64,000 bases of DNA, from contig NC_086108.1 in NCBI RefSeq assembly GCF_963921235.1, positions 67,458,001-67,522,000 on the forward strand, given 5' to 3'. The notes under the pieces are model-generated. The model did not search any database and had not been told where the DNA came from. It worked only from the letters and a program-made list of their open reading frames with translations. Positions 26,076 to 38,053 of this stretch are shown here, in pieces. Position 1 is the stretch's first letter, and each line of letters opens with the position of its first letter. The translations under genes were made by a program, and so were the position numbers. This stretch comes from Mobula hypostoma (Eukaryota).

Positions 26076-27599
26076 TCTACTTTTTCAGTATAGTATATTA
26101 ACAATGTTTGGATTCTTCTACCACCCACGTAAGCTAGAAGCAATTTACAGTAGCAAGTTAACTGAACAACTGGCATGTGGGAAGAAGCCAGAGAACCCTG
26201 AGAAAGTGGAGCAGATCACAAGGGGAATGTGGAAACTCCACACTGACTCCCCTGAAGGTCTGGAGCAAACCTGTATCCCTGGAGTGATGAGCACTGTCTG
26301 CACAGCCACTCCAATTGTTCTTCACCTCACTTATCTTCTCAGTGCTACAGAAAGTTCAGTTCATCCAAACCCTGTAACAAGTCTCATTCTCCTTTCATTT
26401 ACTACACTTACTGTCTATTTTGTACCCTGCTTTTCAAATGCATTCAGTTTAAAATTGTCTTCCTTGTTCAAACTCCTTCATGACTTGCCCATTTGTATCT
26501 GAGCCTCTTTCCTCTGATTTCCCGACGATATGTAGGTTAGTAGGTTAATTGTCCTAGTGTGCAGCACAATGGAAAAATATGGGAGGAGATGATGAGAAAT
26601 AAATATAAGTTTAGTGTAGAATTAATGTAAAATGGGGTGGTTTATGGTCTGCGCAGATCCTGCTCTATAACCTGGTCACAGGAAGTTTCAGGCTGGTTAT
26701 AATACTACAGAAACATTAAAGCTTCCTACCACAAAACAGGAATTGCTGGAAATACTCGGCAGATCAGGCAGCACCTGTGGAACAGAAGAGCAATGTTTCA
26801 GATATGTCAATATTAAAAATATAACTCTAAAATTTGTTTCCTCTTCCTTTTTTTTTAAATAATACTCTCTGAATGCAATGAGACCTAGGATCCATACTGA
26901 ATCTGAGGTGATTCTCAGGCATAATCACGTGTAAGTTCTGCAATTACATTCCAAATAGAATAATTGAAATGACTGGCAATAATTCTCCTGATCAATAAAA
27001 AGGAAAAGCTGATTAAATTAATAGGATCAGAAGCCAATCTATCCTTTAGATCTGATATTGTAATAAAAAGGACAGCTCAGTGATAATAGATACTTAAACA
27101 ATCTTCCAAAATTTCCTAGACTCCAGTTTGGTCCTAATGATTTGGAAGGAAAAGTTGTGGACACAGCTCGGCACATCACAGAAAACACCATCCCCTCCTT
27201 GGGCTCTTTGGTCTATACTTCTTGCTGCCTCAGTAAAGCAACCAGCCTAATTGAAGACATCGTCCACCCTGGACATTCTCTCTTCTCCCCCTCCCATTGG
27301 ACAAAACTTTCTAGGCTGTGCCTTGGGATATTGAAAAATGACTGGTTGGTGTGCCTCAGGAGCGGGACCCATTGCCATGAGAAACTGCAGTTTGAGTGCA
27401 GTTGCACGTCAAGGGCACAGACAGAACCCCATCCACTTTGAAAAGGGAAAAAAGAGACATTAAGGATAGATAAGAAAGATGTTTCCATAGATGAGCTCGA
27501 AGAAGCTGCTGTCTAGTGCCGTTGTAGCTCTACCATACAGTCACAAAACAATATTAGCACTATTCTCTGAGTGCTGTGGCCTGAAGATTAACAGGTTGG

Positions 27600-28240
27600 A
27601 ACGGAAAAGTTTTCTTTTAAACACAGGTTAGTTAAAGGTGAACCAGTGAACTTAATGAGTCTGGATTTTCAAAAACATTTGATAAAAACCCACACAAAAA
27701 ATTCCTACAATGTTGAATTTCTCAGGATTACAAACATGAGACAATTAACAAAGCTTTGGTTAAAAATAGAAAACAGCAAGAGTAAATTGACCATTTTCAC
27801 GCTGCTGCTAATAGGATGCTCCGGGGATCAGTCTTGGACCTTCAGTTGTTCACAACATACATGATAGAGTGGAGTGTAAGATTTACTGTTGCTACAGAAT
27901 TGACTGGTGATACAGTGAGCTATGAAAAGGATGCAGAGAGATAACAAAAGGATATAGACAGTTAAAGGAGAGGACAAGAAGTTGGGAAGTGGTAGAGCAA
28001 AACAAAATATTTTGAAGTAGTGAGAGATGAGGAAAAGTCAACGAACAGCAAGGCCTAAATATGCTTGTTTACAAAATGTGAAATTTGATTGCTTTTACAG
28101 TTTGAAGTACATGGGCAAAAAAGGAGTACAGAAACGTGTACCAAAATGTACAAGAAACCACACGTGGAACATTATGTGGAACTTCAGTGCTCATCACCAA
28201 AGACATATAAACTTCTGTTGGGAGCCGTACAGCACTGGTA
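27600..28240 (+). mobile_element. Old CR1 RT fragment
   Basis: LDFQK-like and G.PQGSVL-like remnants, heavily degraded. Confidence 0.55.
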
Positions 28241-28244
28241 TGTG

Positions 28245-31200
28245 ATAGAAACATTGAAACATTGAAAAACTACAGAACAATACAGGGCCTTCGGCCCACA
28301 ATGCTGTGCCAAACATGTACTTACTTTAGAAAGTACCTAGGGTTACACATAGCTCTCTATTTTTCTAAACTCCATGTAACTGTCCAAGAATCTCTTAAAA
28401 GACCCTGTCGTATCCACCTCCACCACCATCGCCAGCAGCCCATTCCACACACTCACCACTCTGCATGAAAAACTTGCCCCCTGACATCTCCTCTGTACCT
28501 ACTTCCAAGCACCTTAAAACTGTGCCCTCTCGTGCTAGCCAATTCAGCCCTGGGAAAAAGCCTTTGATTATCCACACGATCAATGCCTCTCATTATCTTA
28601 TACACCTCTATCAGGTCACCTCTCATTCTCCGTCTCTCCAAGGAGAAAAGGTCAAGTTCATTCATCCTGTTCTCATAAGGCATGCTCCCCAATCCAGGCA
28701 ACATCCTTGTAAATCTCCTCCGCACCCTTTCTATAGTTTCCACATCCTTCCTGTCGTGAGGCGACCAGAACTGAGCACAGTACTCCAAGTGGGTCGACCA
28801 GGGTCCTACATAGCTGTCGCATTACTTCTTGGCTCTTGAACTCAGTTCATCGGTTGATGAAGGCCAATACACTGTATGACTTCTTAACCACACAGTCAAC
28901 CCGCGCAGCAGCTTTGAATGTCCGATTGGCTCGGACCCAAAGATCCCTCTGATCCTCCACACTGCCAAGTATCTTACCATTAATACTATATTTTGTCATC
29001 ATTTGACCTAACAAAATGAACCAACTCACACTTATCCGGGTTGAACTCCATCTGCCACTTCTCAGCCCAGTTTTGCAACCTATCGATGTCCTTCATAACC
29101 TCTGACTCTGACAGCCCTTCACACTATCCACAACACTCCCAACCTTTGTGTCATCAGCAGATTTACTAACCCATCTCTCCACTTCCTCATCCAGGTCATT
29201 TATAAAAATCAGGTAGAGAAGGGGTCCTGGAACAGATCCCTGAGGCACTCCGCCGGTTACCAAACTCCATGCAGAATATGACCAGTCTACAACCACTCTT
29301 TGCCTTCTGTGGGCAAGCCAATTCTAATCCACAAAGCAAGGTCCCCTTGAATCGCATGCCTCCTTACTTCTTCAATAAATCTCACGGGGGGTACCTTATC
29401 AAATGCCTTGCTGAAATGCATATACACTACATCTACTACTCTACCTTCATCAATGTGTTTAGTCAGATCCTCAAAAAATTCAATCAGGCTCGAAAGGCAA
29501 GATCTGCCTTTGACAAAGCTATGCTGATTATTCTTAATCATATTAGGCCTCTCCAAATATTCATAAATCCTACCTCTCAGGGTCTCCTCCATCAACTTAC
29601 CAACTACTAAAGTAAGACTCACTGGTCTATAATTTCCTGGGCTATCCCTACTCCCTTTCCTGAATAAGGAAACAACGTCTGCAACCCTCCGATCTTCCGG
29701 AACTTCTCCCATCCCCATTGATGATGCAAAGATCATTGCCAGAGGCTCAGCAATCTCCTCCCTCACCTCCCACAGTAGCCTGGGGTATATCTCGTTCGAT
29801 CCCAGTGACCTATCCAACTTGATGCTTTCCAAAAGCTCCAGCAAATCCTCTTACTTGCTGTCTATATGCGCCAGCTCTTCAATCCACTGTAATTCATCCC
29901 TACAGTTGCCAAGATCCTTTTCCGTAGTGAATTGCGAAGCAAAGTATTCATTAAGTACCTCCACTACCTCCTTTGGTTCCATACACATTTTTCCACTGTC
30001 ACACCTGATTGGTCCTATTCTCTCACATCTTATCCATTTGCTCTTCATATATTTGTAGAAAGCCTTGCGGGTTTCCTTAATCCTGCTCACCAAGGCTTTC
30101 TCATGGCCCCTTCTGGCTCTTGTAATTTCATTCTTAAGCTCCATCCTGCTAGCCTTACAAATTTCTAGATCTCTATCATTCCCTAGTTTTTTGAACCTTT
30201 TGTAAGCTTTTCTTTTCTTCTTGACGAGACTTTGTACGGCATGGTTCCTGTACCCAACCATCCTTTCCCTGTCTCACTGGAATGTAATCTATGCAGTACG
30301 CCATGCAAATATTCCTTGAATATTTGCCACACTTCTGCTATACATTTCCCCGTGTCACGATTTTGTAACGTACCAGCAGCAAGAGATGACATATTGAGTC
30401 GGGTTTTAATATAAAAACCATTGTATTTATTTACATCTACACAAAAATATAGAAAATTAAATAAACTACTTTCTTAAACAGAAGTTAACTGTGTTATGCG
30501 TCTATAGCTCCCAAACAGTCAAACTTAGAACCCGTTCTTAACAAATCTTACTGAAGCACAGTCTTAAAGTGGCAGTTTGGAGAGTCCCAGTAATTCACGA
30601 AATAGGTGAGAGGAGAGAGTTGTGCATTCACGATGCAGCGGTGAGGCGATCACGATGAATTCCAAATATTCCACGGCCAGCGAACAAAGAAAAGGTTACC
30701 AAAGATCCCAGCCGAGGGATACTGTTCCGAAGTCCACAACGAGCGATTTTACAAAGTGACTGTCACGAAACCCACACCCATGGATCATACGAAGGACAGA
30801 CACGTCTCCACAATGCACAGTGTGCTGCTGATTAACCCAGTCCTTTGGGTTTGGGTAAGCATTAGACTTTACCCTTCTCAATCATGAGCTGTTCCCAGAT
30901 AGCTCGAAACCTGCGATCTTCACTCCCTCTCTCTTTCTTTCGACTCTCTTCTCAGCAAAATGTCCACATTTCTTTTAAACCATCAGCATGTCATAAGGTA
31001 ACGCTCACAGAAACGAAATTGTGGACTCAAATTAAAACGGAACTGGGGACATGTGACGCCCACAAGAAACAAAACTATTGACTCCCAGGAAAACAAAACT
31101 GTGGACACGTAACACCTGAGAACATCTGTTCCCAACTTATGCTTCCAAGTTCCTGCCTAATAGCTTCATATTTCCCCTTACTCCAATTAAATGTATTCCT

Positions 31201-31430
31201 AACTTGTCTGTTCCAATCCCTCTTCAATGCTGTGGTAAAGGTGATAGAACTGTGATCACTATATCCAAAATGCTGTCCCACTGAGAGACCTGACACCTGA
31301 CCAGGTTCATTTCCCAATACCAGATCAAGAACAGCCTCACCTCTTCTAGGCTTATCGACATATTATGTCAGGAAACCTTCCTGGACACACCTAACAAACT
31401 CCACCCCATCTCAACCCCTTGCTCTAGGGG
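28245..31430 (-). mobile_element. 5'-truncated CR1 (APE end, RT, 3' tail), split by a solo LTR
   Basis: GNEPGQV, NYRPVSLT, FSKAFDKVP, GVPQGSV, KSADDTK and EYCAQFWSPH motifs; tail at 28245. Confidence 0.95.
30353..31114 (-). mobile_element. Solo LTR inserted in CR1
   Basis: TGTCACG...CGTAACA termini; 4-bp TSD CCCG/CCTG (one CpG-type change); CR1 sequence resumes exactly; AATAAA on the minus strand near 30425. Confidence 0.8.
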
Positions 31431-31479
31431 TCTATGCAACATTGATATGTGAAATGAGTGGGTTCGTCTAAATTGAGAG

Positions 31480-31850
31480 ATCAAGCAAGATGGACAAAAT
31501 GCATTGGAATTTGGAATAATAACATATCACCTCATTTATATAATTTAGTTTTCTGAGAAACTTGGACAAATTTGAAAGGCCACTTCCTCCAGCAGGTGGG
31601 TCCAGAACCAGGAGTTTTGAATTAGAGACTGATCTCAGAAGAGAAAATCAGTCATTAGGCCTGAGAAGAAATATTTTCACTCAGAGAGTTGTGAATGTTT
31701 GGAACTCTATACTTTGGATGCTTAGATCAATATATGTTTTAGAAAGATATAGACTTGGGCTAGAAAGTGGATCAATAATGATATCATGGAATAGCAGCCC
31801 AATTCAAACCATTTTTTGACCTATTCCTGGTTTTATTTCTTATGTTGTTA
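31480..31850 (+). mobile_element. Old CR1 3' fragment
   Basis: RRNIFTQRVVNVWN motif; tcttatgtt tail. Confidence 0.55.
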
Positions 31851-32934
31851 TGTTGCCCTTTGGTCACTATTCCATTGATAAACGTGTCGATATCTGTTTA
31901 GGTTTCAAACATTAATATTTCTTTCCTACATTCCATTTTCTTCTCCATAACCTCTGGAACGTTTTGCTGTAACAACAGATTGTAATTACTCTCCTACTAT
32001 CTCCTTTGGCAGAAATATTACTTTTTACTGTTTATACATTTGTATAAACAAATGATAAGACTTGATAAGTCTATGTCAAAGGTGATCTTGTATGTAAATA
32101 CAAATTACTTTTATTAATAAAATATTATGAATATTTTTTGTTGTCAACAATAATCTTAGGTTAACTCTCACAAAGTACATTCATGTTCCTGCCTATTTAT
32201 ACACAATGTTATTCAAATTAGATTTATGACAGAGATTCGATCTGCAGTCTAATATGTACATACCAGTACTTTCACAGATCTTTTGAAAGTGGTTTACATT
32301 AAACACAATAAAGAAGCATAAACTGATCATACTTTTCTTTTCTACTGTGCAGACATCAATGGCTTCATTATAAATGTTTTCACAGAACAACCAGTTTATC
32401 TGCCCCATTCAAAATTAATTCATTATCCCACGGTCTAAATTGAAGTCTTTTCTGAACTTTGAATGTTCTACCCCTCCCACCCTCCCACCCTCCCCCCCCC
32501 CACCACCACCCAAGAACATGGCTCTTGTGGGAATGAAATGATTAAAATTTTGCTCTTTCCCCATTTCAAAGCATTCATCAGTGTCAGGGAACTATTGTAA
32601 ATATTGATTTTGGATCTCTTAAGGAAGAATGGTCCCTTCTATATATCCTGGAAATATGACAATAGTTGCAGATAAAAAATGAGGGGAAGAACAAGAGTAG
32701 AGTAAACAGCATGGTGTCCTCCCTTACCCTAAGTATCTCACACCAAGATGCAACACATGCTACAAACAAACTAACATATTTTGACGTTGGTAATTTCACA
32801 AGATAAAGTATAAGTGAACTGTCTGATATGCTCACAACAAACTTTTCTTTCAGGACTTATCATAATCCTGTTAAGCAAAAAGAGAATTCTTTACTATAAT
32901 TTAGACTGCATGTGGCTGGTGGGGGAAAACACCA

Positions 32935-33115
32935 CAGTGTCATTTAAGAGGCTCTTAGATGGCATGTGAATGTGCGGCTAATGGACGGACATGGACATTG
33001 TGTGGGCACAAGGGGTTTGTTTAGCTAGGCATTTAATTACTAGTTTAATTACTTTGGCAAATCATTGTGGGCTGAACTTTGTTCTTGTGTTGTACAGTTC
33101 TATGTTCTATGTTTT
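32935..33115 (+). mobile_element. CR1 3' tail
   Basis: catttaagaggctcttagat.. start and gttctatgttctatg tail. Confidence 0.6.
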
Positions 33116-34477
33116 GAACAATAAAGCATGTCATTAGGCCCACAGTAAAATATTAAAAAGGATGATGGTAGTCATGGAGTTTGAAATAACTACCTTCTTA
33201 GAAAGAAAAAGAAACACTGAAAGGAGCAAGAATTACAATAGCTTGAGGAGAGGATTAAGCAATTGTAAGAAGCAGAGAAGATTCTCCTTATTCACACAAT
33301 TTATTTCCTTATTCCCATACCGCTCCCTCCCCTACTCAAGCAGTATCACTTTCAAAAATGATGGAAATATACAGACCCCAAAATCAGTAACTTCAAGGGA
33401 TTATTAATTCCAATCACAACTACCATGAATCACACCTTGTCTGCTCACCACATCAGGTGTTTGGTAGATTTTCCATTTCTCAGCTCCACTTCCTGCAGTT
33501 TCCAGTGGCTATGGAGGAAGAGGTCATTGTGGAACTCTCCTTCCACTCTTATTCATCACAAGTATTGCCTGCTGAAGACCGTGGTTTTCTCCAAGGACTT
33601 TGCTGGGCGTTTATTTCTGAGCTTTGGGAAACATTTTCTTTTTCTGTGATTTTCCCAATGAGGCAGCACCACGATTGTCTGCCTTTACATGGGTGAATTT
33701 CTATTTAATGGGAGTGTTTCTGTCAGAAACACATGAATTTTCATTGAGCCTCACTGCAGGAGAATAGGTTGAGACTCCGTAGGATGAAGTAAGGACAGAA
33801 AGCTCAACACAGCAGAAACTTATCCCAAAGAGGAGTGTTGTGTATTTAATATGGATCTCAAGAAAGTGAGATTGTTGAATGCCTAAGAGATGGCTTTCTA
33901 GAGCAGTTTGTTGTTGAGCCTACTAGGGGATCAGCAATATTGGATTGGGCGTTATATAATGAACTGGAGGCGATTAGGGAGCTTAAGGTAAAAAAAAACT
34001 TTTAGGAACCTGTGATCACAACATGATTGTGATCAACTTGAAATTTCATAGGGAGAAAGCAAAGTCTGATGTAGCAGTATTTCAGTGGAGTAAGGCAAAT
34101 TACAGTTGTATGAGAGAGGAGTTGGCCAAAGTAAACTGGAAGGAGCTGCTGGTAGGGATGTCAGCAGAGCAGCAATGGTGTGCATTTCTGGGAAAAAATG
34201 AGGAAGGTGCAGGACATGTGTATTCCAAAAATGAAGTACTCAAATGGTAAAATAGTACAACCATGGCTGATAAGGGAAGTCAAAGCTATTGTAAAAGCAA
34301 AAGAAACGACATACAACAAAGCAAAAATTAGTGGGAAGATAGAGGATAGGGAAGTTTTTAAAAACGTATAGAGAGCAACTAAACAACAGGAATTCTGCAG
34401 ATGCTGGAAATTCAAGCAACATACATCAAAGTTGCTGGTGAACGCAGCAGGCCAGGCAGCATCTCTAGGAAGAGGTA

Positions 34478-34515
34478 CAGTCGACGTTTCAGGCCGAGAC
34501 CCTTCGTCAGGACTA
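34478..34515 (-). ncRNA. Minimal type I hammerhead ribozyme motif
   Basis: Minus strand reads UAGUC-CUGACGA-AGGGUCUCGGCCU-GAAA-C-GUC-GACUG. Confidence 0.75.
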
Positions 34516-34536
34516 ACTGAAGGAACTAACGTCAGT

Positions 34537-34574
34537 TAGTCCTGACGAAGGGTTTCGGCCTGAAACGTCGACTG
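34537..34574 (+). ncRNA. Minimal type I hammerhead ribozyme motif
   Basis: Stem I UAGUC/GACUG; core CUGACGA 34542-34548; stem II AGG..CCU; GAAA 34562-34565; GUC triplet 34567-34569. Confidence 0.75.
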
Positions 34575-37262
34575 TACCTCTTCCTAGAGATGCTGCCTGG
34601 CCTGCTGCGTTCACCAGCAACTTTGATGTAGAGAGCAACTAAAAATCATCAGAAAGGAGAAAATGAAATATGAAAGCAAGCTAGCAAATAATATCAATGT
34701 GGATAGCAAAAGTTTTTTCAAGTATGTTAAAAATTAAAGAGAAATGAGGGTGGATATAGGACTGCTAGAAAATGAGGCAGGAGAAATAATAACGGGGGAC
34801 AAGGAGATGGCTGCTGAAATAAATGAATATTTTGCATCAGTCTTCACTGTGGAAGATACTAACAGTATGCCTGATGCTGTAGTGTGTGAAGGAAGAGAAG
34901 TGGGTGCAGTTATAGTTACAAGAGAGAAGGTGCTCAAAAAGCTGAAAGACGTAAAGGTACATAAGTCACCCAGACTAGATGAACTGAACCCTAGGGTTCT
35001 GAAAAAGCTAGTGTTAGAGGTTATGGTGGCATTAGAAATGATCTTTCAAAAATCACTGGACTCTGACATGGTGCCAGAAGACTAGAAAATTGCAAATGTC
35101 ACTCCACTCTTTAAGAAAGGAGGAAGGCAGCAGAAAGGAAATTATAGACCAGTTAGCCTGACCTCAGTAGTTGGGAAAATGTTAGAGTCAATTGTTAAGG
35201 ATGAGGTGATGGAGTACTTTGTGACACAGGACAAGATAGTACAAAGTCAACAGGGAAAATCCTGCCTGACAAACTGTTGGAGTTCTTTGAGGAGATTACA
35301 AGTAGGATAGATAAAGGGGATGCAGTGGATGTTGTATATTTGGACTTTCAGAAGACCTTTGACAGGTTGTCACACATGAGGCTGCTTATCAAGTTAGGAG
35401 CCCATAGTATTACAGGAAAGTTACTAACATGGTTAGAGCATTGGCTGATTAGTAGGAGGCAGCAAGTGGGAATAAAAGGATCCTCTATTGGTTGGCTGCC
35501 AGTGACTAGTGGTGTTCCCCAGGGTTCGGTGTTGGGACCACTTCTTTTTATGCTGTATGTAAACGATTTAGATGACGGAATAGATGGCTTTGTTGGCAAG
35601 TTTGCAGATGATATGAAGATTGGTGGAGGGGCAGGTTGTGTTAAGCAAACAGGTAGGATGCAGAAGACTTGGATGGATTAGGAGAATGGGCAAGAAAGTG
35701 GCAAATGAAATACAATGTTGGAAAATGCATGGTCATGCACTTCAGTAGTAGAAATAAATGTGCAGATTATTTTCTAAACAGGGAGAAAATCCAGGAATCT
35801 GAGATGCAGAGGGACTTGGAAGTCGATGTGCAGAACACCCTGAAAGTTAACTTGCAGGTCGAGTCGGTGGTGAGGAAGGCAAATGCCATGTTGGCATTAA
35901 TTTCAAGAGGTCTAGAATACAAAAGCAAGGATGTGAAGCTGAGGCTTTATAAGGTACTAGTGAGGCCTCACCTCGAATATTGTGAACAGTTTTGAGCCCC
36001 TTATCTTAGAAAAGATGTGCTGGCATTGGAGAGGCTCCAGAGGAGGTTCACAAGGATGATTCCAGGAATGAAAAGGTTATCATACAAGGAACGTTTGACG
36101 GCTCTGGGTCTGTACTCGCTGGAATTCAGAAGGATGAAGAGGGATCTCATTGAAACATTTTGAATGTTGAAAGGCCTAGACAGAGTAGATGTGGTAAGGA
36201 TGTTTCCCATGGTGGGACAGTCTAGGACAAGAGGACACAGCCTCAGGATAGAAGGGCGCCCTTTCAAAACAGAGATGGAAGAAATTTCTTTAGCCAAAGA
36301 TGGTGAAATTGTGGAATTTGTTGCCATATGCAGCTGTGGAGGCCAGGTGTATTTAAGGCAGAGATTGACAGGCTCTTGATTGGACACGGCATCTAAGGTT
36401 ACAGGGAGAAGGCCAGGAACTGGGGCTGAGGAGGAGAAAAAAAGGGAACAGCAATGATTGAATGGCAGAGCAGACTCGATGAGTCAGATGTTCTAATTCT
36501 ACTCCTATGTTTTATGGTCTTATGGTCTAATATTTCAGTAATATTTGAGTAATATTGTAAATATATTGTTTGATTAAGCATTCTTTGTTGTTTACATGAT
36601 TCATTACAGGTTGTATGTCAAAGTATGTAAATAGCATATGTCATTACATCACCACATCATATGTGAGCCCCTCACTAAAGTAAAATGAAGAAGACAAGCT
36701 TTTGCGGGCTCCTATGTCTTTCTCTCGATTGATTTCTGGAAAACGTAACAAGGGGGAACCCTCAAAGTGACTTGATAATTTCATCACAGAGGAGCAAAGA
36801 GAAACTGGTGAAAATAAAGCTCAGGATGATCACAAGAATTTCAAAAAAGCAAAATAAAGTAGATAAAATTGAAGGGGAAAAGAAATGTAGCAGTGCAGTG
36901 GAGATTAGGAAATACAAGATCTATAGACACTCACAGATAGTATCTTTTTCCATTTTAGTTATTTTGCAGGCAAAAAATTCTGCTGCTCTAAGGATTTCTA
37001 CAGTGTTTTCTTCTTCCCATTTTTGCCTGCTCCTTTCTACATCCATACAAACTTCAGGAAAATCATCGACAATGTATTTTATCAGCTTTGTATATGCAAG
37101 TCAAAGAGGTATAACCTCACAGAAAACCTTACATAAAGAAAATTTGCATTTCACTTCTTGACAGATCGTTGCAGATGGAAAGGACTGCAGGAGTATATAG
37201 TACCATCACTTCAAAGTCCTTCTATACAGTATATCCTTTACCATTCTGTTATTAGTTTTTAT

Positions 37263-37579
37263 GTGGGCACGTGGCCAAGTGGTTAAGGCATTGGACTAGC
37301 GACCTGAAGGTCATGAATTCGAGCCCCAGCCGAGGCAACGTGTGTTGTGTCCTTGAGCAAGGCACTTAATCAAACATTGTTCTGCGACGACACTGGTGCC
37401 AAGCTGTATGGGTCCTAATGCCCTTCCCTTGGACAACATCGGTGTCATGGAGAGGGGAGACTTGCAGCATGGGCAACTGCTGGTCTTCCATACAACTTTG
37501 CCCAGGCCTGCACCCTGGAGAGTGAAGACTTTCCAGGTGCAGATCCATGGACTCGCAAGACTAACAGATGCCTTTACTT
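37263..37579 (+). mobile_element. tRNA-derived SINE with a CORE-like central block
   Basis: Box A TGGCCAAGTGG; box B-like ATTCGAGCCC; TGTGTCCTTGAGCAAGGCACTTAA block; perfect 14-bp TSD TTATTAGTTTTTAT (37249-37262, 37580-37593). Confidence 0.85.
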
Positions 37580-37593
37580 TTATTAGTTTTTAT

Positions 37594-38053
37594 AGAACAT
37601 AGAACATAAAACATAGAATAGTACAGCACATTGCAGGCCCTTCGGCTCACAATGTTGTGCCGACCCTCAAACCCTGCCTCCCATATAACCCCCCACCTTA
37701 AATTCCTCCATATATCTGTCTAGTAGTCTCTTAAACTTCACAAGTGTATCTGCCTCCACCACTGACTCAGACAGTGCATTCCATGCACCAACCACTCTCT
37801 GAATAAAAAATCTTCCTCTAATATCCCCCTTGAACTTCCCACCCCTTACCTTAAAGCCATGTCCTCTTGTATTGAGCAGTGGTGCCCTAGGGAAGAGGCG
37901 CTGGCTGTCCACTCTATCTAGTCCTCCTATTATCTTGTACAACTCTATCATGTCTCCTCTCATCCTCCTCCTCTCCAAAGAGTAAAGCCCTAGCTCCCTT
38001 AATCTCTGATCATAATTCATACTCTCTAAACCAGGCAGCATCCTGGTAAATCT
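37594..38053 (-). mobile_element. CR1 3'-terminal about 460 nt
   Basis: ORF 37667-38041 is nearly identical to the C-terminus of ORF 38493-39503. Confidence 0.95.

Larger units (their letters stand above)
34384..34628. mobile_element. Penelope-derived palindromic mini-insertion
   Basis: 99-bp arms 34422-34520 and 34532-34630 (98/99 complementary) with an 11-nt spacer; 15-bp duplication TAGAGAGCAACTAAA (34369-34383, 34629-34643); sequence matches the terminus of the GIY-YIG-bearing element at 51906. Confidence 0.9.
33853..36527 (+). mobile_element. 5'-truncated CR1 (APE end, RT, 3' tail)
   Basis: [33 protein letters not shown] and KFADD motifs; ttatggtct tail; TSD TAATAT 33847-33852 / 36528-36533. 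Confidence 0.95.
33836..36750 (+). mobile_element. Short solo LTR (about 235 bp: 33836-33852 plus 36534-36750), split by a CR1
   Basis: TGTTG...GTAACA termini; flanks AGGAG/AGGGG; the CR1 inside is bounded by a TAATAT duplication. Confidence 0.6.
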
